In this document: one piece after another, positions 1 through 12,975 of the stretch | Position numbering within the stretch: position 1 is the first letter of the stretch | Layout: each line of letters opens with the position of its first letter | Made by a program: the position numbers and the translations under genes | From: the human T2T-CHM13v2.0 reference genome, Homo sapiens | DNA length: 64,000 nucleotides | Direction: 5' to 3' (one strand) | Assembly (NCBI RefSeq): GCF_009914755.1 | Contig: NC_060947.1 | The notes under the pieces: generated by a model | The model's input: only the letters and a program-made list of their open reading frames with translations | Told to the model about the DNA's origin: nothing | The model's database searches: none

Positions 1-3000
1 AAAACATGAAGCTCTTGAGAGGTGCTAATTTGTGGCTAAAGAATAATTCAAATGCAGCACCATTTGGTCTTCATGGAATATGGTTTCGATTTTGGGAAAT
101 TCAATGACTGTTTCATCTTGCTCTCTTATATTCTCTGTTAAAAGAAGGAAAACTGGAAAGTAGTTCTAATCTAAGGACTTTATTTCCCCTACATTTGTCC
201 CTTTGGAAATTTGGAATAACTTTGCCAAGGGGATTTAGATACATCAGTGCTATTTATTTATTAATGGTCACTCATACATCCCTGATCTCTTCCTACTTAT
301 CAGGATGTTCTCAGCAAAACACCAACACTTGATTCTGTTTTTCACTTACCATCCCTTTTCTCCAACCCTCTGCCTGATATTCGAAGTCAATCACCTATGA
401 AGAAGGTGACTCCCATTCCTCTCCCTCCGAGGCAGCAAAGAGGAGATAACATTCATTATTCATTGCAATGTTTCCACTTTGCCAAGATGTATTCTCTTAC
501 TTCAAATTCAGAACAGTTTATTGGCTTCTGGGAGTTCAACAGCCATGGGTGGAGGAACATGTTCATTAGAGGAAGCACATGACTCTGCCAGATTTAACTA
601 ACAGATTTTGAAGCTGGAGCAAGCAATTGGCTGGCACTCTTCAGGCATGAATGTCCTTTGGCTTGTGCTGTGCTCATTGTTACACAGGTGCTCCTTATAA
701 AGTACGTGCACATTTCTAACATAAAACCAATAATGTCATTCACATACCAAAAACTATAGAGAGCTTATGCCCCCGTGACAAATTTGAGATGGGAGCAATC
801 TACACTATGATGTATATGTATAGTATGATGCATATGTAACTGACTAGATTATACTTTGATACAGTTAGGTTGCGTTTATCAGACTTTGTAGATTTGGAGA
901 TTAAAATGATTTGCTTTTGAACCTCATATGCTTGGGACAAGAGGTTTTGTCTCTGAAAGCCAAAAGCGTCTTGTCAAAAGGCCGCTTCCTTAATATTGCT
1001 TCTAAGGTCAGCTTTATGATGTCAGGTCTAGAGTATAAACATTAAACTCTACTACTGTTTGCAAAAATTTTGAAACGGAAAGATACCAAACCATATTTAG
1101 CTCACTAGTAAGTAAAACCCAAAGTGTGTGTGATAGATAAAATATGGGCATGTGTTAAAAAAAAAAACATGATGTATATTAGCAGAGTTGAACTGGGTCC
1201 CACAGATACAGCACAGAGAATAGAAAAATACTTCGACTTCTAAGAAAACACTCAATTGTTTGCTTTGTAGGATGTATATAGTCTTTGCCTAGAAGAGTTT
1301 TATTCTCTGTGAGGGAATCCACAGTGTACCAAATATTCCCTCTTGCAGGATCACAAATCACTTTCTGAATCCAACCAAAAGCTTCTCTGATTGCATGTGT
1401 TTATGAGGCTGGTGAGTGTCCAGGCCTTTGAAGAAGGAAGACTGTTTGGGTATATTTGTTACAGAAAAAGGAAGTTATGGAGGTTTCTCTGGAGCTGTTT
1501 ATCTTTTGTGAAAAAGTAGAATATGTCAAAATAGAGCCACAGCTTAAACTCTGGCAGTTCCCAGCAAATAAACGAGGCCTAATTATATGTAGGACTTCAG
1601 CTCTATTTAAATCAATAATAACAATGGAAATGATCACCAGATTTTTAATTTTTCTATAAAAAGTGAATTGAATGTCAGCTTCATATACTTTGGATGAACC
1701 TCAACTCTTCCTAGAGTGGAATAGCAACTATAGGAAATCAAAATGTAAAACCTTTTTACTATATGGACTTTGATTTTCTTCAGGGACAGAATTAACCACC
1801 AAAGATAATGATTAAACCTACCAGCTAATGAAAAGACAATAGTGAGATAGTGAGATTTGTAGAAAACTCATCATGTATATGCATGGGTGTGCATGTGTGT
1901 GGGGGTGTTTGTATACACTTTTAGCAAACATCGGTTTTCTTTCACTGGAGGCAAATCTGCCTAAATTCAGGGTTCTTACCTGAAGCCTATGCCTTCCATG
2001 CAGATGAACAATGCTAGATGTTATGAGATTATGAAAAATGGAGATAACTTGGACAATTAGTATCTCTTCCAAGGAAAACATTCTCCTTAATTTGATGCAT
2101 GTGAATGGAAATGTGTTGAGCCTCTACTCTGCTAGACACAGTAGGGAATTTCAAAATGAGGAAGCCAACACCTGCCTATAGGGGCATTAGAGGTTAGGTG
2201 GGGTGGGATCAGGGAAAGGAGGAATTCAGACACACAGCTTCTTCTACTTCCAGATAGATGCCAACCCAAGTATGACACAGAATAACTCTTACAATGTTAG
2301 AATTAGGCCAAAATTCCCCACAAATCCTTCTAGTTTCAACAACCTTTGGGTAATATAGGCTTACACTGCTTCTGTTGAGTTCTAATGTCTACACACTTTA
2401 TCTACCTCACATTTTGCCAGAAGGTTCTTTGTAGGCTGAATATCAGCAGACAGCCCAGCCAGATCTACTCAATAAGTGAATGCATATAACAAGACACTTG
2501 CACAGACTTCTAAATCTAACCATTCCATCAAACAGTAATAAAAAGTAAATCTGCATGATATTAGATCAGATTATTTTAATGATTTCCTTTTAAGAGCAGC
2601 TGTCCAGTTTGCATACGTCCCTTCCTGAATCAAAAGAAGGGGGGAAATGCATGAGCACTGTGGCTCCACACAGTTCTAATCCTGTCTAATCTGTAAATCC
2701 CTATCTGCTAATGTGTAGCTTCCTGTCAGTAGATAGCCATAGGGATAAACTTAAGAATATTCAGCGGTGTTATCCCAAATCTTAAAGAAACCATTATACC
2801 GATGAGATGTTATCATCTTTATTTTTAGAGAAAATTTTAAAGACCAGAAAATAATTTGAACTTTTTAACCAGCTTATAGAGTTAGTGGCTAGAACACAGT
2901 AGGTATTTAATATTTGTTTAAATGATTGAATGCAAGAAATATTAAAGAAAACCTCAGCCTATAGGACAACATTTCCACAGTGTGTGTTACAGGTACACTT

Positions 3001-3144
3001 GTCCCAAGGGATGCTAAGAAGTCAGCAGTTTGGTGTTCCAAACAGTTACTTCCATAACAGAATGCTGGCCGATGGCTCTGGCCTTGGGAGTTCAAGCCTC
3101 CTGTAAGGCTTTCAAAGAACCTAGGTTACAAGAGGCATAGCCTG

Positions 3145-3620
3145 GAGTAGTGAGGGGCACAGTGTTTGGGTTCAAATCCCAGCTCTGTCACTTCCTCACT
3201 GGGTAGTTTTGGGCAAGTTGCTTTAGCTCTCTTTGTTTCCCTTCCCTCATCTGTGTAATGGGGATAATGATAGAATGTGCCTTATAGTGTTGTGATGGAG
3301 ATTAAATGAGGTGATATGTGTAAGGCAGCTGGAATAGTGTAGCTATGCAAGCCTTCGGTATGATGTTCATTCCCATATTGGATAGCCTACCAGCTGGGTT
3401 CAATGGCAAGAGTTCCATACCTGGTGTAAGAAGACCTGGATTTGAAATCTGGTTAGCTTTGTGGCCTTGGGCAATTTCTTTAACTTTTCTTAGCCTTAGT
3501 TTCCTTGTTTCTAAAATGAAATAATGCTTCCTATAACTGCTGTGAGGATTAAAAAAGAGAATTAAATGAGATTCTATGTGTACAAAAATCCCTGGCATAT
3601 GGTAAGTGCTGGATAAGTAT
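3145..3620 (+). mobile_element. Two adjacent MIR SINE copies
   Basis: MIR core motifs gggttcaaatcccagctctgtcactt...ctcatctgtgtaatggggataat and ccttgggcaa...cttagtttcctt...aaaatg. Boundaries approximate. Confidence 0.75.
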
Positions 3621-6600
3621 CTTCTGAGTCTGCTGGATGAGGGTCCTTAGAGCAATGGCCCCCACACCCAGCCACGCTTAAGCTGATCTGACATTCCTGG
3701 TATTTTTCTTGCCTTATCTTGCAGCTCTACTGCTTCCCATGTACTGTGCATTACGTAGAGAGTAAGTCCAGAGGTGGGGAAGCATCAAGGCTGTACTGGA
3801 AGTTCCATTTTAGGCCGAGGCTTGCTATGTCATAAAAGAAAATAACAAAGTATGTGTTGGTATCTTTTGCCAAGAGCGACCTAAACACATCAAAGCCTGA
3901 CAGTTCTATTTATTTGGTCTCTTCTGAGATGAAAAGGGGTGAATGGAAATTCTCGCACTCCACCTCACACTGGTTGCATGAGCTCCCTCTCCACCAATGA
4001 CAGTGGCCGACTGATGGTATAGTTTAGGAGGGAGAGTCTCCCTCCACTCTAGTCATTACTCTTGTTGGGGATCTGTGTGAAATCAATTTCATTGCAGAGC
4101 AGCAATGGAAGTAGCCGTGAATTCCATAGTTTCTAAATGAAGACACAGCATATGGAGAATACAGAGTGGAATTTATAGCTCATAATTACACAGGATATGT
4201 TGTCGGTCAAGTCCATCTTGCTGGTGTTCACAGCAATCCACTCCTGCCCACATTAAAGCATTGCCAAATTGCAATAACCTCCTGGCCATTTTCCCAGTGA
4301 TTGAACCTTGCACACCACTTCAATCCATATTCGTTGATTTTCGTCAATAAAATGAAAGCTTATTGGTGGATCTATTTGGGTGACCTCTTAGAATAAAAGC
4401 CTCAGTGTCACATGGAAAAAACAGCTTATGAATTCTGCTCTGATGCTCTAATAGAAAGAAATACAAAGCATTTAACAGGTGCCCACCTCACAGTTCTACT
4501 TTTCCCCAGATATTTTCAGATTTTCCAACCCTGAGACCTAAGGCGTCACTTTCTCTAGTGATTGTGTTTGAGGTTTTTTATGAATTCTCATTATTGGTTT
4601 ACCTTTTGGTGCCACTCTGAGTAATGTTAGGATTTTTTCTTATGGTATGCCTGAGACTTAAACTTTACAATTTATCCAGAAAGCTAATACATTTTGGAAA
4701 AAAGAGAAATTGGGACCTTGAGCATGGACATTTATCAGTAACTACTAATGCTATGACTAGTGAATTATTTAGAGAGAGGCAGGGAGTATGGCTGAGGCAG
4801 GGTTCAAGGCAGAGAATATGTGTTGGCAGAAACCTTATAGCAGTCAGACTAAATAAGCTTAATAATTTTCTTTTCTTATTTAAACAAATAACACTTTTAC
4901 TGTAAATCATTCCTCCCTGTTTTCTTCTCTCCCTTTCTCTCTTTTATCTTGTTTTTCTTTTTTGCTGCATGTCTGCCTCGCCTTCTCTTTCCTGTTTCCT
5001 CACAGTCCTCTCTTTCTTTTCCTTTCCTTTTTTTTCTGTCGTACATTCTCACACTCTACCCACCAGGGCTCAAACTCCACTATAGTCTCATTAGACTGTA
5101 GTTTATAGAAGGAAAGTAAAGATACCTGGAGGCTAGGTTAAAGGGAAGGGTCCTCCAGCTATTCTCTTGTGTTCGATTATTATTTTGAACACTAAACAGC
5201 AATTCGCTCACAGGCAAGAGGGATGTGGCGTTCTGCATTCTACTGAGATGTTGACTTCTTTCATGGAGTGTCATGAACACTGTTTATTACCAAAGCACTG
5301 TCAAACTCCCTATTTTTGGAGATGGAATAAATGATGTTACAATGTTTTTACACATTCACTATTGAATTGTACTTTATTTAAATAAAACAACATCGGGGAA
5401 GGAATCATTAAGTATATCAAACTGGCATCTTTCAGGTGGTATTTCCATGTGCTGAGTTACTGAAATGAATGCAAAGATGATCAGGGATTTTCACTGTATT
5501 CCTGAAGATACAGATGGTATCCAACATCTCCTCAATGAAGCCTTTGGCTCTGTTTTTCGTAAGGTTCCCACTCTGTTCATATGAAGTAGTGTATCTTAAA
5601 TATAAACCTATCATCAGGTTTAGCAAATCAATACCATAAGAGTGTGAAATGTTCCCCAGAACTCTCTACAAGGGCATTTCACAGTAAAAGCAATTGAAAA
5701 AGAAGCTGCAATGGAATATCTTATGAGATAGCCATTTAGATCACAAAAGGGCCATAAAAGTCACAAGCAGTTTGTGTGAAGCAAGGTTCATAATATAACC
5801 ATACAGGACTGGAAAGAAAGAGGAAAATTGCAAACCAATTTGTGGTTATAGCTTTTTCTGTCAATTCTACTGGGATTTAAAACTTGTAAAAGGTAGAAAC
5901 TTCTGCCAGCTTACATTATGTAGAGAGACTGTGATAACCATAATCACAGTAGCCAAACAAACACCAATTATTTGAAGCCAATAAAGTCTTTATTAACTTC
6001 AAAGCAATTAGTGCTTCTTGGATTTATTAAGCCACAGAATGAGAAGATGCCACCCAAGACCATTTGTCAGCAACAAATTTGGGAGTCATCCCGGGATGCT
6101 TCATTTACACATTTCAAAATGGTTTTGCAATTGAAGGATGAATACTTTGAAGTTGAGTAGAAGAAAGAGTGGCCCTGCTTTGGGGAGCCCATAGAGGCTC
6201 CAAGATGGCACTCAGAAGCAGGCCCTGTTTGGTATTTAATGCTGTCAGACAACCTACCATGTCCATCATTTCAGGCTCTGCAGACCCAGCTAGCTTTCTC
6301 AAAGCAATTGCAGTAATAATTGCTGTCTATACTGAGGGCCTGCTGGGCACAACAATTTCTATATGCATCATCTCTAATCAGTTCATCAGCTCTGCAAGGC
6401 CTTATTCTCTTCTTATAGATGAGGAAACTGAGGCTGAGAAAAGTTAATTACTAGTAGTTGAGAATGGAACCCAAGGTTGCTTGGTTACCTCACTTGTGAT
6501 CTTGCCAGGTTCCTCCTTCATTTGATGAGTCAGTTGATGGCCAGAGCCACACCACACACATTTTTCTACTTGAGTCACGTTGACATTACCAAATTGAGAC

Positions 6601-8502
6601 TAATCTTCATGTCCTCTTAGACTGGAGGCAGGAGCTGACAGATCTCCTGGCTATATGTAATTCTGTATTTCTTGCTCTAGCTTTAAATTAATCTCTCCAA
6701 AACAGTAAGAAAACTAATTAGATTACAATTGCAAGTCTTTTAGCATGTATCTTTATGATTCACTGTTGATTATAAGCTGATGCACAGCCAGTCTATCCAG
6801 ATCTTTATTTCCATCTGAGCAATAAAAGTAGTTTCTGGTTTCCCTTCAGTTAACATTTCTCTTTAAAGAGCAGCATTCCATTAATGAAGACATATGAAAT
6901 GAAATTTTGTTGCTGCTGTACTCAATCTGATTTCTGCAAACAAATGAAAAGTATTACTGCCTCATTTAATATCATTAGGAAACCTGACATCTCATAATTA
7001 TCTTTAGGTTGTAGTATAGCTGAGGCAAGAGTCCTAGTATTTTTGTGCCACTTGTGCATCACTGAAGTTCTTTCCTCAAGTGGCAAAACAGATTAGACCG
7101 GTGTTCTTGTCATCGGTCTATGTAGTCTTTCTGAGACCAGACGAAAATGTCTATTTCTGTGTTTTGCAAAATCTTCACTCACCCCAAGAATTCATGCCTG
7201 TAGAGCACTCTCAGCAGATCACTCACTAGTCGTAGCTTAGCTAAGAGTCTGGAACCCAGTAGGTATTATCCCCTTTCTTGGCTTATAAAAACCAAAGATG
7301 GGAGGAAACCCAGATTCAAGTTGTCCAGAGGAGTTCTGGAAGTCCCCAGGGCTCAAAGCCAGCTCTGAAAGATCCTACAAAATGAGTCACACTCTAGTAC
7401 ATGGAAGTCGGTGGGCATCCACTACTTGCTAAATTTATGGGCAGAAAGCACACTTTGCCTGAGTGTATGCTGCAGCATCATAGCCTTAGGCAGAACTGTG
7501 ACACAAGAAGCTGGAGATGAGACAGACCTGAGCCATTCTGACACTGCTGTGTTTCTAACTCTGTGGCCTCAAACTAGTCTAGTTTCCTTCAAGAGCATCA
7601 TGATTTTTACCGGCAAATGGGAATAAGTAAATGGAAGTTACAGTCTCTGCACTGGCTCCCTCACAAGGTCACTTCAAGGAACAAAGAGAGGATGTTCTTT
7701 GTCCAAATTATGTATAAGTGATAAGAGGCTATAAATTAACATGAGATTATTCTCATCATACAGTATCCAAAGAGGCAGGTAAAACATCAGGTCTCAACAT
7801 GCCCTGGCCTACAGTAAACATTAGAAAATATCCTATGAATCTGGAAAATCTTTCACACTGAACTATACCAGCTTCCTTCATTAAAGGGGAAGCAAAGGCC
7901 AAAGGGGAAGCCCTGGTGGGGGCTGAAGTTGTGCAGGACACTTGCCATTTCTACACTGGAATGGAATTACTCAGGGGATAGCAGAAGCCCTCTGTGTTTC
8001 TGAGCCAGCCTAGGCCATTGTGAAATGTCCACTGTCCCAGCATTACCTCCCTGGCATAGAAACTAGTGATCACCTCAAATAGCCAGGGCCAATTAGCAAC
8101 AGAACCTTGCCTGCAAGTCACTACATGTCCAAATGCTCTGTTCTCCATCCCCATTCACTACTGGCATTCTAAATGTCAAATTTCAATTGCGTTGGTCCCA
8201 AACCACGTATGTGTATCACAAATAAAGCAAGGACTCTTTGAGGCCTCTGGCTACTCAACCTGGAAAGATGTCTATCACCTTGCTAATCACTGACCTGAAG
8301 CTGATGAGGGTTTAAATAACACAGTGCTCCTGGTCCCATGGCCACTAAGGCAGTGCTATTTCTGCAGCTTCTGCTGGCTGACTTCAGATAGAGTCTTGGG
8401 ATGAGTGATATTTTTGCAAACTGCAAATGCCTCTGAGTAATGGGTTTCATTCATTTCATCAAATACCACATTTTACAACTGGTTGTGCTAAGTGGACATT
8501 TA

Positions 8503-8869
<367 letters not shown>

Positions 8870-9949
8870 TTATTTCATAGTATCTGCCCATTGCAGTGCA
8901 CTGATATTTTAAGTAATATCTCTGCTTCTTAGAGTAAAAATTTTAAAATGTGATGGTTATTATAGTCACTATAACCCATTTATCAGAGTGGTACAGTTAT
9001 AAATTGTACTGCTCCAATTAATTTGTAACTTTAGTCACTATATAAACACAAATCACACCAACTAGCATCATCTTATTTGCATGTTTTACACAATTTTTAT
9101 CATCTATAATGACTTACATTGTTGAAATAGATTTGTTAATGTTAGAAAGACAAAAGCAAATTACCTTGTTTTCTCTTGTAACTGTTAATAAGGTGAAGGC
9201 TGAAATGCATGTTTTTATTCTGCTGTAGGTATTATGTCATATTTGGAAAGGAGTGGGGTTCTCTTTCTGAAAATGCATTGGGAAATTCTGATTTTGACTG
9301 GGTGAGTGCTGGAGAACTAGTTCAGAACACCATTATGGGAAGAATCCACTCCAGAAAGAAAAGAGTGATGATCACAGTCTGTTCGGTCTTAAATCCAACA
9401 ATTTGGACTGTTCATTTGCTACTTACATGTAATTGGGGCTTTATATTTTCTTTGTTGCTGTTGCTGCTACTGCTGATATCAGGAAACACGTCTTAGGCTA
9501 ATGTCATCCTCAGTATGGCAGATATGTAGTAGACTCCACTGGGAGCCAAAAGACTAGCACTCTCCCACCAAATCTGCCTCCAACTCAGGATTTCACTGTT
9601 GTCAATTCCCTTTCCTCTCTGGGCATCAATTTATGCTCCTGCTGAGTGGAGGAATAGATGAGACATTCTCCAAGTTCAGCTCTAAAAAGTTTGATGGGAA
9701 ATTTTATAAATTTGGATCTGCTTGTGAGGATGAATCATGGAACTGAAGGTACCGCTTAGGTTGAGATCAGGTATAGCCTGTGCAACTTAATCTTCTGAGA
9801 ATTTCTCAGATTGGAAACAAGCTAGAATTATTCTGGATTTCCTGGGGATTCACAAGAAACTATAGGCCTGCTGAGAGGCTACTGCTCCTTTGTGGGTTTG
9901 AAAAGAATGATTTTCTTGGGCATCTACCACTCTATTTGTTGTTCCCTTT

Positions 9950-10258
9950 TGCATAATAGGAAGAGCTTTGGAGTGAGGTAGACCTAGATATGACTGCTAG
10001 CTCTTCCAATTATAACTTGTGATCACTGGCAAACTTACTTAAGCTACCTGAGCCTCAGTGTCTGGGAACCAGCTACACATTAAGAAGCCTTTCTTGCCCA
10101 CCTTCCAGCATCAAACTCATAAACACAGTCTCTCTCCGGTTGGGTTAACTGGGTTCCAGCATTATTCCTATCTCTTCAAAGAATGACTGTGAAGATTGAG
10201 AACACTTGTGTGAAGTACTCAACCCCCCTACCACTGAGTAGTTGCTCAATAAATAGGT
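9950..10258 (+). mobile_element. MIR, interrupted by a ~100-bp insertion
   Basis: gagctttggagt...ggcaaacttacttaagctacctgagcctcagt then tgtgaagattgag...agttgctcaataaat. Confidence 0.65.
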
Positions 10259-10359
10259 TCTTTTGTTCCTGTTTTCTGTTATTAGGGTTCACTTTGTCAG
10301 TCGTTGAAACCATCAAGCTTACCATAATTTTGAAAACACACACTTTTACATCTATTCGC

Positions 10360-11272
10360 ATTCATTCATTTGTGTATTAAATATTCATTAAATGCCTACT
10401 AGTTCTCAGGGACTGTTCTAGGAACTAGAGATACAGCAAAAAACAAAACAGTCCAAAGCTCTGCGCTAGTGGAGTTTATATTCTCTTGGGTGGAGACAGA
10501 CAATAAACAATATGAAAGTTTAATGATAAAATATATTGGAAGGTGATAAATATTCTAGACAGAAATAAATCAGGGGATTGTGCTAGAGATGGATGAGTTA
10601 GAGCTGTAGTTTTAAATGGGGTTATCAGGGAAGGCTTTTCTGAGAGCTGCATCGAGCAAAGACCAAAAGGAAGTAAGGGAGTGAGCCCTGCAGAAATTGC
10701 AGGGAAGAACATTTCAGGAAAAGGAATAGCACGTGCAAAGGCCTTGAGGCAAGAGTATACCTGGTGTGCCTTAGAAACAGTGAAGAAGATAGTTCAGCTG
10801 AAGCAGAGTAAGCAAGGGTAAGAATGTTGGGGAAGGAGATCAGAACTTGCAGTGGGAATTAGACTGTACAAGAGCTGGTAGGCCATTAAAAAGACTTGGC
10901 CTAGATTGAGTGAATTGGGAGCTGCGAGAGAATTTCGAGCAGAAGAGAGATATGATCTGAATTATGTCATAATGGGATCACACTATACCTATTGTCAAAG
11001 GACTATGGGAAGGGAGCAGGGGTAGAAACAGAGAGAACAGTAAGGAAGCTATTACCATAAGCCAAATGAGAAGGATGGTGGCTTGTATCAGGGTAGTGGT
11101 GATGAGCGGTGAAGAGTGGATGGATTAGTGATGTATTTTGAAAGGAGAACAGATAAGATTTGCTAATGGAGTAATTGAATAGGGATACAGACAAAAAAGA
11201 AAAGTCAGAAACAATTCCATGAGTTTCAGCCTGAGCACTTGGAAAGGTGGTATTTGCTATTAGCTGAGTCAT
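10360..11272 (-). mobile_element. LINE-2 (L2) 3' fragment
   Basis: attcattcatt end, then L2 hallmarks aaatgcctact...tgttctagg, agggaaggcttttctgag, gtgcaaaggccttgaggca, ggaagctatt. Confidence 0.8.
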
Positions 11273-12124
11273 TTACTATAATTATTATTTACAGGTAGCA
11301 TGATAACAATAAGACCATATGGAAATATTTAAATAATTTTTTTTCAATAAACAGAGTGGGAGAATGTTAGCTGCTTGTTATCTATTACCAATATTGAGGG
11401 GGAATGTCCAAAATATGTGAGATCATTTCTCCTTACACTGACCAGTGCTTCCTCCTTTCCTTCCCACCTGGTCATTCCTTTGATTGACTTTCATAAGTCC
11501 AGGCTAGAATTACATGCCTCAACTCAGTGGTTCTCAAACTTGGAAATCAACTATGGCGCTTGTTAAGAAATCCAGGTATGAGATCACCCTCTCATATCCG
11601 TGAAATCTGACTGCTGACGCATAAACACACAGCATTCACACACATCAAGTTGTCACATATTTTTACATGACTGAATCAGTCAAATACCTGGTTTGTGGTT
11701 GATCACCAGTCAGCTTTCAAAATAAAATAGCTGGGTGTTTTAAAGAAAACATTTTTTCTGTCCAGGTTATCTGTACTCATCAGCTTCTGTCCACCATCAA
11801 AGTAAAATGGCCATAACCGATCTTATCCAGATGGGGGTTTAGGCAGTTGATGGACTCACTCATGTGACCTTTACTTCCGTGAATGCAGTTTTGTTTGGCC
11901 TCCATTCCGCTTTTGACAGTTTCAAGAGCTGGATTAGTAAATCTTCAAGGTCTTCTACACCCATATGATTCTATGATACTGCGATTCTGCCACGTTGCTA
12001 TGAAATTGTTATTAGAAGGCCATTTACCCCTTAAACCTGGGTATTCAAAGAACTAGAAACCTAAATGATGATGACAGATATCTTACTTAAATTTCATATA
12101 AGAATTAATTCCAAGTCAATTCAA

Positions 12125-12350
12125 CGTAGCATAGTAGTAAAAGATCATACAGCCTTTGTGATTGGAAAGAGTCTCATTCGAACCTTGATGCAAGTTGCTT
12201 AACGCCTCTACACCTCAGTTGCTCACCTGTAAAGTGAAGGTAATAACAGCATGTGCACCATACTTGTATTATAAGGATGAAGTGAGGTTTCATGAAAAGT
12301 AGTTAGCATATTACCTGACACACAGTATGTCTCATAAAAGTAGCTATCAC
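12125..12350 (+). mobile_element. MIR
   Basis: gcaagttgcttaacgcctct...cctcagttgctcacctgtaaagtg...cctgacacacagta. Confidence 0.7.
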
Positions 12351-12380
12351 CATCACCATCACCATCATCATCATCATCAT
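12346..12380. repeat. (CAC/CAT)n trinucleotide microsatellite
   Basis: atcaccatcaccatcaccatcatcatcatcatcat. Confidence 0.85.
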
Positions 12381-12943
12381 TGTTATTAACTGAAGAATCA
12401 TAGATAAACATGCATTTTCAATTGTCATTGAAAGGCGGAGAGAAGGCTGCAAATAATTTTATGAAAGCATATGTTTAAAGATTTTAGGACTAGCTCTTCA
12501 ATGGGTTTGTCTGAATATACATATATGGATGGGTGATTGGTTGAAATAGAGCATAATTTTTCAAAGTGTGTTTAGGCAAAACAAAAACAACCGAAAAGCC
12601 TAATTTTTTTTTTTCTAGCCATTTACTGGCTGTGATACCTTGGACAAAGTCATGGCACACATTAAGAACTTAACAAACAAAGTTTTATTGGTATTATCAT
12701 TATTTTACATATATATATATACACACACACACACATAATGGTGACAAAAGAACCATGTTGGACAAAAAATATTTATATGCATGATGTCCTAATAACTTTG
12801 TTAGGTCTTACACTCAAGCGTTAGACTCAGAAGAGAGAGGAACATAACATATTTTGAAATTAGGTTTATATAAGACTTTCTCTTTATAAGCTACAGATTG
12901 TTGATAGGCTAACAATAAGCTTAAACTTGTGTCATTTGAAACT

Positions 12944-12975
<32 letters not shown>
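12944..12975. repeat. (CA)n(TA)n microsatellite
   Basis: Direct observation. A similar (TA)n(CA)n lies at ~12708-12736. Confidence 0.9.
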
